DNA from: a virus
Lineage: Duplodnaviria; Caudoviricetes
IMG/VR virus record: IMGVR_UViG_3300030376_006980
Span: 1-64,000 of that record
Length of the DNA: 64,000 nt
Direction: 5' to 3' (one strand)
Shown here: in pieces, positions 36,403 through 45,517 of the stretch
How positions within the stretch are numbered: position 1 is the first letter of the stretch
How the letters are laid out: each line of letters begins with the position of its first letter
Made by a program: the position numbers and the translations under genes
Notes under the pieces: model-generated
Told to the model about the DNA's origin: nothing
The model's database searches: none
The model's input: only the letters and a program-made list of their open reading frames with translations

Positions 36403-36921
36403 GTGGCTAATACACCAATAATACCTGGAGTACCTACACCTATTAGTGGAGATCCTAAATGTGCATTAACTTTATGTGGTAAAATTATTGCACAAGTTGA
36501 TTGTATTATTGTAATTATGCAAGGTACAAATGGCTGTATTGATTTACAGTTTTTTGGTAAAGATGGAAAACCTTTAGATTTAACAAGATTTACATCTATT
36601 CAAATAATGTTGTATAATGAATTTGATTGTACCATTGCTAATTTTTGGTGGCCTGATATTCCTACGGGATGTAAAGGTTTACTAATGACTATTTTACAAT
36701 ATACAGATGCAAAAGGTATAATTCATAACAAAGGTAAAGTTAGAATATGTTTAGACCCAGCTTGTACAAAAACTAGTCCAAGTGCAATCTTTGCAGAAAT
36801 CTTATTAACTGAACTAACAACCGCAGGTACTGCTGAAACTTCAGGAATACCATGTTTGCAAGTAGCAAAAATAATTCCATCTAGAATTTATGAAAATGGA
36901 TGTGATGACGGTTGTAGTTAA
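36403..36921 (+). CDS. Cys-rich beta protein, BppU-N/Ig-like virion candidate
   Basis: IDLQFFGKDGKPLDLT, GKVRICL; GTG start. Confidence 0.4.
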   Translation: MANTPIIPGVPTPISGDPKCALTLCGKIIAQVDCIIVIMQGTNGCIDLQFFGKDGKPLDLTRFTSIQIMLYNEFDCTIANFWWPDIPTGCKGLLMTILQYTDAKGIIHNKGKVRICLDPACTKTSPSAIFAEILLTELTTAGTAETSGIPCLQVAKIIPSRIYENGCDDGCS

Positions 36922-36933
36922 AAAATATTAAAT

Positions 36934-37773
36934 ATGGAAAAGAATAAAATAGTACATTTAGGTATCATTGGAATATTTTTAAGTTTATACTTTTTAGTAG
37001 CAACAATTTCAATGATTAATTCTGTAGCATTTTTTGATTTAGCCCACGACGGTTTAATGAACTGGGCATTGGCTATAGGATTTGAATTAGGTGCAGCTGC
37101 TTCTTTAGCTGCTATCATTATTTTAGATAAAACTAATAGAACAATGGTTTGGGGTTTGTTTATCCTCTTAACATGTTTTCAAATGATGGCTAATTCATTT
37201 CATGCTTTTATAAATTTAGAAGATTATATGGGATGGATTGAATTATTTGGTTTAGAGGAAGAAGAACCTATATTCCAAAAAAGAGTTTTATCAATTGTAA
37301 GTGGTGCTATACTTCCTATTGTTGCATTAGGTTTTATTAAATCTTTAGTTGATTATATTAGACCAGAACAACCAGAAGATCCTAATCCTAAATATAGCCC
37401 ACAACCTATAATGCCTCAACCTATAGTAGAGAAAACTGTAGAAGTTGAAACACCTGTAGCTGGATCGGCAGAACCAGTTATAGAAGAAGAAATAATCCCT
37501 GAGACTAGCGAGAAAGTACAGGAAGAAGATTTATATTCTCGTGATGCCGAAAAGGCAAAACCCCCTGTTGAAATTGGAGAAGTACACATAGCACCTGAGA
37601 CGGTGAAGACCGAGAATGCGGTTGCTGATGTTGTAGAAAAGCCAGTTCCTACGGAGCATATTACACCAGTTGGAGATCCTATAGTAATTCCAACGCCGAA
37701 AACTCAATCAGATAAACCTAAGAAGGCACCATTGACTACTAGACCGTTTATCAGAGGTGAGTCAAAACCATAA
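36934..37773 (+). CDS. Membrane protein with about 4 TM helices and a Pro/Glu-rich tail
   Basis: Hydrophobic first 140 aa, disordered C-terminus. Confidence 0.6.
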   Translation: MEKNKIVHLGIIGIFLSLYFLVATISMINSVAFFDLAHDGLMNWALAIGFELGAAASLAAIIILDKTNRTMVWGLFILLTCFQMMANSFHAFINLEDYMGWIELFGLEEEEPIFQKRVLSIVSGAILPIVALGFIKSLVDYIRPEQPEDPNPKYSPQPIMPQPIVEKTVEVETPVAGSAEPVIEEEIIPETSEKVQEEDLYSRDAEKAKPPVEIGEVHIAPETVKTENAVADVVEKPVPTEHITPVGDPIVIPTPKTQSDKPKKAPLTTRPFIRGESKP

Positions 37774-37827
37774 TCCTTTGAGATTAGATTTTATTATTTC
37801 GGAGGATTTTAAAAATAAAACTTTAAT

Positions 37828-38529
37828 ATGCCCGCACGTACATACGATGACGAAGTCTTTCGCGAAAAGAGAAAAGTCAAAAATCCGATAACATTTAAAT
37901 TAAAACTTAATGAAGAGCAAAAGCTTGCTAAAGATGTTATTTTATCAAATACAATAACCTTATTAGCAGGTAAAGCCGGTTCTGGAAAAACCTTATTAGC
38001 ATGCCAAGTTGCATTAGATGGTTTATTTAGAAGGCATTATGAAAAGATCATAATTACAAGACCTACTGTATCTAAAGAAGATATTGGTTTCTTGCCAGGT
38101 GATCTTCATCAAAAAATGGATCCATGGGTCCAGCCAATTTATCAAAATATGTACAGCTTATACGGAAAAGATAGGGTTCAACCTTATATTGAAAGTGGAC
38201 AAATAGAAATTGTACCTGTTTCATTTATGAGAGGTAGAACATTTGTAGATAGCTGTGTAATAGTAGATGAAGCACAGAATGTAACAAATGAACAAATGGA
38301 AATGATTGTTACTCGTATCGGTTTAAGATCTAAGATGATCATATGCGGAGACGACGGGCAAGTAGATTTAAAAGGAAGATCTCATTCAGGTTTTAGATTT
38401 TTATATAATCAATCTTCTAAAATAAAAAAGCTAGCTTCAATTACATTATGGGAAAATCATAGAGACCCTATTGTAGATGATTTGTTAGAAATTTATGAAA
38501 ATGAGAAATACAAAAGATCTGCAAAATAA
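37828..38529 (+). CDS. phoH: PhoH-family ATPase
   Basis: GKAGSGKT, IIITRP, IGFLPGD, FMRGRTF, VDEAQN, GDDGQVD. Confidence 0.93.
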   Translation: MPARTYDDEVFREKRKVKNPITFKLKLNEEQKLAKDVILSNTITLLAGKAGSGKTLLACQVALDGLFRRHYEKIIITRPTVSKEDIGFLPGDLHQKMDPWVQPIYQNMYSLYGKDRVQPYIESGQIEIVPVSFMRGRTFVDSCVIVDEAQNVTNEQMEMIVTRIGLRSKMIICGDDGQVDLKGRSHSGFRFLYNQSSKIKKLASITLWENHRDPIVDDLLEIYENEKYKRSAK

Positions 38530-38549
38530 ATATAGAAAACGATAACATT

Positions 38550-38813
38550 ATGATACCAGCAAAAGGAAAAGTATTAGTAGATTTTTGGGCACAATGGTGT
38601 GGACCATGTAAAGCAATGAAGCCTACATTAAATAAGTATAAAGAATCATCTAAAGTTCCTTTAGTGGAAATTAATGTTGATGAAGAAAATGAAATAGCAC
38701 AAAAGTATGGGGTACGAAGTATCCCGTGCTTTATTGTTATAGAAGATGGAAAAGAAATAGCCAGAAAAATAGGCATGCAAAGCGTGGATCAATTAACTGA
38801 GCTTGTAAAATAA
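38550..38813 (+). CDS. trxA: Thioredoxin
   Basis: VDFWAQWCGPCK, YGVRSIP. Confidence 0.93.
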   Translation: MIPAKGKVLVDFWAQWCGPCKAMKPTLNKYKESSKVPLVEINVDEENEIAQKYGVRSIPCFIVIEDGKEIARKIGMQSVDQLTELVK

Positions 38814-38822
38814 AGTATAAAA

Positions 38823-39719
38823 ATGATATTAAAGAAAGGATCATACGGAAAATTAGTTAAAATATTACAAGAATATCTTGGAATAGAAGCTGATGGGCAT
38901 TTTGGTCCAGCTACTAAAGATGAAGTAATGTTATGGCAAGAAAAACATAATCTAAAACCTGATGGTATAGTTGGTCCTATGACATGGGATAAAATGGGTT
39001 TATGCACAACTGATATTGAGGAAGCTTCTAATTCATTCGATAAAAAAACATATGAAACATTAAATGGATTACATGTACATGTACATATGTTACCTAAAGA
39101 TGAATATATGAAATATAGTAAACCTGAATGGGTTTTTTTACACCATACAGCTGGTTGGCATAATCCTTTTAGAACCGTGGATCATTGGGCTAATGATGAC
39201 AGAGGAAAGGTTGCAACTGAATTTGTATTAGGTGGACCATCTATAAAAGGTAATGATGATAAATATGATGGTGTTTTAGTTCAATGTACACCGCAAGGTG
39301 GTTGGGGTTGGCACTTAGGAACAGGAAGAAGCAATATGCACCAACACTCTGTAGGAATTGAAGTAAATAATTTTGGGTGGATTAAAAATGGTAGAACCTA
39401 TGCAGGTACCATTGCAGCTGAATCTCAAATTGTTACATTGGATAAACCTTTTAGAGGGCATACGACATGGCATAGATATTCTAATAGGCAAATAGAAGTA
39501 TTAAAGGATTGGCTTTACTTTATAGGTGAAAGAGATAGTATTGATATTAGAGAAGGTTTACCAAAATTAGTAAAATCAATTGGAGCTGATGCTTTTGAAT
39601 ATATTCCAGATGTTAGGGCTGGTAAATTAAAAGGTGTATGGACACATACTAATGTTCGTCAAGATAAAGTAGATATGTTTCCTCAGCAAGAATTAATGGA
39701 TATGTTAGTATCTTTATAA
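38823..39719 (+). CDS. Endolysin: peptidoglycan-binding domain plus Zn N-acetylmuramoyl-L-alanine amidase
   Basis: LKKGSYG..VKILQ..L, DGHFGP, DGIVGP; LHHTAG, VGIE, THTNVRQDKVD. Confidence 0.88.
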   Translation: MILKKGSYGKLVKILQEYLGIEADGHFGPATKDEVMLWQEKHNLKPDGIVGPMTWDKMGLCTTDIEEASNSFDKKTYETLNGLHVHVHMLPKDEYMKYSKPEWVFLHHTAGWHNPFRTVDHWANDDRGKVATEFVLGGPSIKGNDDKYDGVLVQCTPQGGWGWHLGTGRSNMHQHSVGIEVNNFGWIKNGRTYAGTIAAESQIVTLDKPFRGHTTWHRYSNRQIEVLKDWLYFIGERDSIDIREGLPKLVKSIGADAFEYIPDVRAGKLKGVWTHTNVRQDKVDMFPQQELMDMLVSL

Positions 39720-39739
39720 AAATAAAAAAGACGGAAATT

Positions 39740-39931
39740 ATGAAAAAGAAAATTACAGCTTTATTGTTTTCCGCATTACTTTTAACAAGTAGTTGTGGAT
39801 CGACAAAACCAGCTGCTGATGAATGTTGCAAACAAAAAACAGAAGTTAGAAGTAATGATAAAGATCCTGTAATGAATTTATTGGCATCGGCATTAATAAT
39901 ATTTGCAATTCAGATACTTGTGACTAAATAA
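39740..39931 (+). CDS. Lipoprotein with C-terminal TM helix (u-spanin-like topology)
   Basis: MKKK-hydrophobic-LTSSC lipobox; C-terminal VMNLLASALIIFAIQILVT. Confidence 0.55.
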   Translation: MKKKITALLFSALLLTSSCGSTKPAADECCKQKTEVRSNDKDPVMNLLASALIIFAIQILVTK

Positions 39932-39945
39932 AATAAACGGAAATT

Positions 39946-40170
39946 ATGTGGAACATTTTTAAAGATGATAACAACTGGAATGAAAAGGCGATAGTTGGTT
40001 TTATTGCCTTTTTAGTAATGTGTCTTATTATGATAGCTGACTTGGTAACAGGTTGGTTTGGAAAGGACTTAGTGATTAATGAGTTTGTTTATGATTCATT
40101 TACATTAGTAGTTCTTGGCTGCTTTGGTATAGCAGGATTAGAAAAATTTGCAGGAAAGAAAAAAGAATGA
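39946..40170 (+). CDS. 2-TM holin candidate
   Basis: Two TM helices, charged C-terminus, within the lysis cassette. Confidence 0.55.
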   Translation: MWNIFKDDNNWNEKAIVGFIAFLVMCLIMIADLVTGWFGKDLVINEFVYDSFTLVVLGCFGIAGLEKFAGKKKE

Positions 40171-40535
40171 TACATTTTCTAACTTACAAAGATTTTTTAG
40201 TTGAAGCTGATAAAAGAATAGCTCGTAAAGAAGGACAGCCAGCAGGATCTGATAAACATTCTGATTTATATACAGATGAAGATCCTAAAGGCACAATTCA
40301 TGGTTTAGGTTTTAAAGATGCTGAAACGGCAAATAAAAGTATTGATATAATTAAAAAGGCAAAAAGAACTCATGCTCATAAAGTACAAGCAACACTTGTA
40401 ATGCAGCAAAGAGGAAAGGTTGCTATTGAAAGGACTAAAGATCCTGAAAAGAAAAAGAATCTCAAAGCTGCTAATAAAATATGGACTGCATTTTTAGAAG
40501 AAATGAAAAAGAAAACAAAAGAAAGAAATGGATAA
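40167..40535 (+). CDS. Basic internal head protein candidate (CTS-like)
   Basis: MIHFLTYKDFLVE|A; HSDLYTDEDPKGTIHGLGFKD. Confidence 0.55.
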   Translation: MIHFLTYKDFLVEADKRIARKEGQPAGSDKHSDLYTDEDPKGTIHGLGFKDAETANKSIDIIKKAKRTHAHKVQATLVMQQRGKVAIERTKDPEKKKNLKAANKIWTAFLEEMKKKTKERNG

Positions 40536-40911
40536 GTATATTTATAGAGGCAAATTAGAAAGGGTTGTAGATGGAGATACTATTGATGCTCTTATTGATG
40601 TAGGTTTTGATATTTGGGTAAAAAAGAGAATCAGGTTTGTTGGAATGGATGCGTGGGAAAGTAGAACCAGAAACTTAGAAGTAAAGAAAAAAGGATTAGC
40701 AGCTAAGGAGAGATTAAAGGTCTTATTAAATGAAGTCAGTAGTAAACCAGGATTCTTTAGGATCAAGTCTGAGGGTGTAGGTAAATATGGTAGAGTATTA
40801 GGTCAGATTTATATAATGGATGTAGAAGGAAAGCAATGGGATATAAACCAAACACTAATTACAGAAGGTCATGGATATGAATATCATGGAGGTAAAAAAC
40901 GGACATCCTGA
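40528..40911 (+). CDS. Thermonuclease (SNase-like) family nuclease
   Basis: VVDGDTID, IRFVGMDAWE, KYGRVLG. Confidence 0.85.
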   Translation: MDKYIYRGKLERVVDGDTIDALIDVGFDIWVKKRIRFVGMDAWESRTRNLEVKKKGLAAKERLKVLLNEVSSKPGFFRIKSEGVGKYGRVLGQIYIMDVEGKQWDINQTLITEGHGYEYHGGKKRTS

Positions 40912-40956
40912 CATAGAGAATAGGAAAAAGTGGACATTGTGTCAGAAATATCACTC

Positions 40957-40972
40957 TGGCACGGTTTTTTCA
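40957..40972 (+). promoter_or_regulatory. sigma54-like -24/-12 promoter upstream of Hsp20
   Basis: CTGGCACG-N4-TTTCA versus YTGGCACG-N4-TTGCW; CTGACA/TGTCAG inverted repeat upstream. Confidence 0.5.
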
Positions 40973-41028
40973 GTATATTAATTAAAATAAGGAACTAATC
41001 CTTGTTTAAAACTAAAAAAAGAAAAACA

Positions 41029-41427
41029 ATGTACACATTTATTAACGGCTTTAAGCCAGTAACACAAGCAAGAAAAATCAATGAAAATATTGATACTTTA
41101 TTAAAAGATCCTTTCTGGGATGAATTTGAAAACTTTTTTACAAAACCATCAAAAGGTTGGCATTGTATTAAAGAAGATAAAAATTGGATATTGGAAATCG
41201 CAATACCAGGATTAACTAAAGAAGATTTAAAAGTAAAAATGATTAAAGGTGAATTAAGTATTGTCTCCACTAATGAAGATAACATTTGGTTAGGATCCTT
41301 TGATAAACGCTTTACTTTACCTGAAGAAATTAATACTAAAAAGATTAAGGCAAAGGTAGAGAATGGAGTTCTAACTTTAACATTACCAATAAAAGAAGAA
41401 ACTGAAAATTTTATTGATGTAAAGTAA
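41029..41427 (+). CDS. Small heat-shock protein (Hsp20/alpha-crystallin)
   Basis: LEIAIPGLTKEDLKV, FDKRFTLPE, KAKVENGVLTLTLP; start corrected to 41029. Confidence 0.9.
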   Translation: MYTFINGFKPVTQARKINENIDTLLKDPFWDEFENFFTKPSKGWHCIKEDKNWILEIAIPGLTKEDLKVKMIKGELSIVSTNEDNIWLGSFDKRFTLPEEINTKKIKAKVENGVLTLTLPIKEETENFIDVK

Positions 41428-41454
41428 AACAATCTGTTTAGTTATGTATATAAA
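41426..41454 (+). promoter_or_regulatory. Class B promoter (AAAACA-N17-TATAAA)
   Basis: Upstream of 41485. Confidence 0.55.
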
Positions 41455-41484
41455 TATTAAATATATTTAAAAATTAACGTTAAC

Positions 41485-41760
41485 ATGAACAAAGAAGAAA
41501 ATACTCAAGAAAATCCAGAACAAGTAAACCCAACCGGTGAACTTAATGGTCAGCAGGCATTAAATGTTTTAATCCAAGCTGTTAGAATTGCACAAGGTAA
41601 AGGCGCATATACTTTGGAGGATGCAGAATTAATTGCGAGAGCTATTAAAGTATTCGTTCCACCAACTCCTGCTGGAGAAGAAGGGACAGAAAATGATCCA
41701 GTAGTAAACACAGAAGAAGAAGCTCCGGCTGAACCTGTAATGACTAAAGTTGAGAATTAA
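41485..41760 (+). CDS. Small acidic hypothetical protein
   Basis: ALNVLIQAVRIAQGKGAYTLEDA core; followed by a terminator. Confidence 0.65.
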   Translation: MNKEENTQENPEQVNPTGELNGQQALNVLIQAVRIAQGKGAYTLEDAELIARAIKVFVPPTPAGEEGTENDPVVNTEEEAPAEPVMTKVEN

Positions 41761-41781
41761 ACTTACTTGTAATTCTGAAAG

Positions 41782-41807
41782 AGGGATCCAGAAATGGGTC
41801 CCTTTTT
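41782..41807 (+). terminator. Rho-independent terminator
   Basis: AGGGATCCA-GAAA-TGGGTCCCT plus T tract. Confidence 0.85.
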
Positions 41808-41829
41808 AGTTAATATATAATACAAATAT

Positions 41830-42489
41830 ATGGCAATGGTTGAGTTAGAAGAATTAAAGAAATATTGTGAAGGTAAAAAAATTATTATTGTAGGTAATTC
41901 TTCAAAAATACTTAACGGTACACATGGTCGTTTAATTGATAGTTATGATATTGTAGTTAGAATTAATAAAGGATATTTCCAGAGACAAGGCCTTTATTCT
42001 AGACAAATTGGTATAAAGACAAATATTTTATCATTAGGTATGAAATCGGCTTCTTTTGCTGCTAATGTTATTCGAGGAAATCTTATTAAGTACATTTTAA
42101 GCCCTATCATATATAGTGAAAGATTGGAATATTCTAATGTATATGATGTACAAGCAGATGTTTATAATCAATTAAAAAATGAATTAGGAGGATTTAAACC
42201 TTCTACTGGAATAAGTACTTATAATTTTTTAAATAGAAATATGAATTTTGAGAGATTAGATTTAATAGGATTTGATTTTTTTGAAAGTTCAGTTAGGCAG
42301 AGAAATCAATTAGGACATTGCTATGTTCCAGATCATCATGGTATTAAAGAATCTAAATTTTTTGAAAACTCAAAGGATCCTAATAAAACTTTACTTCATC
42401 CAATTCATGGCCCTAATAATGCCGTGATAAATAATCTACCAGTATATCATAAATCAAATTTTATAATTAAAAACAATCGAAAGAGATGA
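41830..42489 (+). CDS. Glycosyltransferase family 29 (sialyltransferase-fold, CMP-sugar dependent)
   Basis: Sialylmotif L IVGNS..L...HG..IDSYD.VVRIN; S PSTG...LIGFD; III HCY; VS H-x4-E. Confidence 0.85.
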   Translation: MAMVELEELKKYCEGKKIIIVGNSSKILNGTHGRLIDSYDIVVRINKGYFQRQGLYSRQIGIKTNILSLGMKSASFAANVIRGNLIKYILSPIIYSERLEYSNVYDVQADVYNQLKNELGGFKPSTGISTYNFLNRNMNFERLDLIGFDFFESSVRQRNQLGHCYVPDHHGIKESKFFENSKDPNKTLLHPIHGPNNAVINNLPVYHKSNFIIKNNRKR

Positions 42490-44015
42490 GTCGTCGAAGA
42501 ATAAAGAAAATAACACAAGATCCTCATTCTTATGGTAATGAACCAAAGCAGTTTCCACGAGTGTCTGTTAGACCTAATAGCGTTAATCATATCCATAATG
42601 TTAAACAAAATATACAGAAAAGAAGTTTTAATAGAACTCCTAGAACTCCTTTAACACAACCTATTAAAAAACCTATTAATTTTATAACCAATGAATTTAA
42701 AAATGTAAAAAAAGATATATGTTTTGTTATTGGAGGCGGACCTTCATTAAATGGGTTTGACTTTACACAGCTTAACGGTTTTGATACTATAGCGGTAAAT
42801 AAAGCAGTAGAGTATGTTCCTAATCCTACATACTTTATCACTACAGATTATTCTTATTTTATTAAAGCTTCATTACCAATAGATCAAATTAAACTAAAAA
42901 CTCATAAGTGTTATTTTGTAGCTAATATGTCTCATCATTATATGAAATTAAAAGGAGGGCAAATTATTGATACACGTAGAAATTTTGCTTATGAAGATCT
43001 TTGGCAGTATGACGGTGTAATTCAATCTTATAATAAAGAAGGGTTTTCATCTAGCATAAATGAATTTTCAAATGGAGAAAACAGTGGACACTGTGGTATT
43101 CAGCTTGCATTATTATTAGGATATAAAAAGATTTATTTGTTAGGTTTTGATTTAAATGATACTGGCCAAACTCATTTCCATCAATCATATAGAGAACATG
43201 ATCAAAGGTCTTTTAAAAAGAGAGTAGGTAGTTATGCGCAAACTTTACTAGGATCTTTAGCTAATTACAAAGGATCACAGAAAATTATTAACTTATCTCA
43301 ACAAAGTATATTAAATAATTCACCACATATTAAAACAGAATCTTTTAGAGATGTTTTAGAAAAACATAATGGAACATCACAACAAAATATAGATCCTAAT
43401 GATAATTCTACTTTAGATAATTTGATGATAGTTGGTTACTATACTGTAAACACACCATACGAGGAAGAGGCTCAAAATTTATTAGAATCTTTAAATAGGT
43501 TAGGTTTAAATCATGATATTAGTGGAGTAAAAACTTTAGGTAATTGGCAAGCTAATACCAGATTTAAGGCTGGGTTTATGTTAGATATGTTAATTAAGTG
43601 GCCTAATCATCGACTACTTTATGTTGACTGTGATGCTGTAATTCATAAGTCTCCTGATCTATTTAAAAATTATAAATGTGATATTGCTGTAAGGTGGCAA
43701 GACTTTAGATGGAGAAAGAATGAATGTTTAAGTGGAACTATTTATATGGAAAACAACGAAAGAACAAAACAGATATGTGAAATGTGGAGAGACATTAATA
43801 TTGAGGAAGGTAATAAGACTAAACGTATGGAACAGTGGAATCTTGATACAGTTATTAATAAAATGAAAAAGAATTCTAATTTTACTTACAAAAATTTACC
43901 ACCAGAGTATACTATGATATTTGATAGTATGAGAGGTATGTATCCTAACATAGTACCTGTCATTGAACACTTCCAGGCAAGTAGGAGATTTAGAAATGAT
44001 GTAAATAAGAAATAA
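42486..44015 (+). CDS. Bifunctional glycosyltransferase: Maf/DUF115-like domain plus GT-A (DxD) domain
   Basis: VIGGGPSL, NSGHCGIQLALLLGYKKIYLLGFDL, THFH; second domain YYTVNTPY, LYVDCDA. Confidence 0.7.
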   Translation: MSRRRIKKITQDPHSYGNEPKQFPRVSVRPNSVNHIHNVKQNIQKRSFNRTPRTPLTQPIKKPINFITNEFKNVKKDICFVIGGGPSLNGFDFTQLNGFDTIAVNKAVEYVPNPTYFITTDYSYFIKASLPIDQIKLKTHKCYFVANMSHHYMKLKGGQIIDTRRNFAYEDLWQYDGVIQSYNKEGFSSSINEFSNGENSGHCGIQLALLLGYKKIYLLGFDLNDTGQTHFHQSYREHDQRSFKKRVGSYAQTLLGSLANYKGSQKIINLSQQSILNNSPHIKTESFRDVLEKHNGTSQQNIDPNDNSTLDNLMIVGYYTVNTPYEEEAQNLLESLNRLGLNHDISGVKTLGNWQANTRFKAGFMLDMLIKWPNHRLLYVDCDAVIHKSPDLFKNYKCDIAVRWQDFRWRKNECLSGTIYMENNERTKQICEMWRDINIEEGNKTKRMEQWNLDTVINKMKKNSNFTYKNLPPEYTMIFDSMRGMYPNIVPVIEHFQASRRFRNDVNKK

Positions 44016-44016
44016 A

Positions 44017-44748
44017 ATGAAAAGAGTAACTATACTTATACCTACACATAATAGAGGAGATTTATTAGGAAAAACAATTAGTAATTGTTTTAAACAAACC
44101 TATAAAGATTTTAATATTTTAATTTATGATGATGGAAGTACTGATAATACTTCTACTATTATTAAGAATTTGCAACTTAGTTTTCCTAATAGAATTCAAT
44201 ATCTTAAAGGTAAGAGTAACCACGGAATAGGTTATTCCAGGCATAAATTATTAAAGAATCTTTCTACTGAATTTGGTGTTTGGTTAGATAGTGATGATTA
44301 TATGAAAGGTGATAGGCTAGCCAAATGCGTTAATTACTTAGATTCTAATCCTAGTGTTGATATTGTTTTTTCTTATCTTAAAAGATTCCATGAAGAAAAT
44401 AAAGGAGCATTTACTCCAATGGGTGATGAGATTAAAATTGATGTTTCTACTTATGATAAAACTAATTATAGAAGCTTACATTCTAATACTGCTTGCGCTA
44501 CTGCATTCTTTAGAAAAAGTTTACAAAAGCATGAAGTTGTTCCATTAAGATATGGTAGTGAAGATGTTTTATGGTTATGGAAATTATTAAATGCTGATAT
44601 TAAAGTTGGACAAATAAATGAAGCTTTATATTTTTATCGTTCACATAATCAAAGATTAGGTATACAGAAAAAGAAATTAAATAAAGAAGATAAAATACCT
44701 GAAGAAATTATAATTCATCAAAAAATAGAAGAATATAGAAATGGATAA
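44017..44748 (+). CDS. Glycosyltransferase family 2
   Basis: ILIPTHNR, IYDDGSTD, WLDSDD, SED. Confidence 0.88.
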   Translation: MKRVTILIPTHNRGDLLGKTISNCFKQTYKDFNILIYDDGSTDNTSTIIKNLQLSFPNRIQYLKGKSNHGIGYSRHKLLKNLSTEFGVWLDSDDYMKGDRLAKCVNYLDSNPSVDIVFSYLKRFHEENKGAFTPMGDEIKIDVSTYDKTNYRSLHSNTACATAFFRKSLQKHEVVPLRYGSEDVLWLWKLLNADIKVGQINEALYFYRSHNQRLGIQKKKLNKEDKIPEEIIIHQKIEEYRNG

Positions 44749-45508
44749 TACAATATATGCAAGATGGTATAAACATACACCTAACTGGGGAGATGCGTTA
44801 AATAAAGTAATGATTGAAAGAATATCAGGTAAAAAACTTAAATGGGTTAATACTAATGATGGTAATACAAAGCAAAAATATATTGTATTAGGAAGTATTT
44901 TACAGTGGGCAGATGAACATACTATTTTATGGGGTCCAGGTTTTATAGGGGATGATCGTAGATTATCTAAAAAACCAAAAAAGATTTGTGCTGTAAGAGG
45001 TCCTCTTACTAGAGAAATAATTATAAATCAAGGATTTGATTGTCCTGAAGTTTATGGAGACCCTGCTTTACTTTATCCAAGATTATATAATCCTATGCAT
45101 ATTAAAAAGAAACATAAGATAGGAATTATTCCTCATTACATTGATGCAAAGAATCCTTGGATCCAAAGATGTAAAAGATACGGAGTTAAAATAATTAACA
45201 TATTAGATCCTGTTAACAAAGTAGTTGATGAAATATTAGAATGTGAAAAAATAGCTGCAAGTTCTTTGCATGGTATTATTGCAGCTGATGCTTATGGTGT
45301 ACCTTCTACTTGGATAGAACTTTCGGATAAAGTTCTTGGTAAAGGATTTAAATTCAGAGATTACTTTATGTCTGTAGGAAGAAAAGATAGAGAACCCTTA
45401 AGAATAACTGAAACCACTAGATTGAAAGAAGTTTATAATCAATTTTATGACTATAAGATTAATATAGATTTAGATAAATTATGGGCAGCTTGTCCATTTA
45501 AAAAATAA
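44741..45508 (+). CDS. Polysaccharide pyruvyl transferase (ExoV-like)
   Basis: NWGDAL, VRGPLT, GDPALL, IIPHY, SSLHGIIAADAYGVP. Confidence 0.8.
   Translation: MDNTIYARWYKHTPNWGDALNKVMIERISGKKLKWVNTNDGNTKQKYIVLGSILQWADEHTILWGPGFIGDDRRLSKKPKKICAVRGPLTREIIINQGFDCPEVYGDPALLYPRLYNPMHIKKKHKIGIIPHYIDAKNPWIQRCKRYGVKIINILDPVNKVVDEILECEKIAASSLHGIIAADAYGVPSTWIELSDKVLGKGFKFRDYFMSVGRKDREPLRITETTRLKEVYNQFYDYKINIDLDKLWAACPFKK
45029..45084 (+). repeat. 56-bp perfect direct repeat, copy 1 (copy 2 at 46682..46737)
   Basis: CAAGGATTTGATTGTCCTGAAGTTTATGGAGACCCTGCTTTACTTTATCCAAGATT identical in both pyruvyltransferase domains. Confidence 0.9.
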
Positions 45509-45517
45509 ATTCATATA

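Noticed and set aside
37480-37770. Locally higher GC3 in the Pro/Glu-rich tail of 36934..37773
   Set aside because: No second long ORF in the track and no clear hairpin seen; likely a fast-evolving disordered region.
40940-40972. CIRCE/HrcA operator upstream of Hsp20
   Set aside because: No TTAGCACTC-N9-GAGTGCTAA match.
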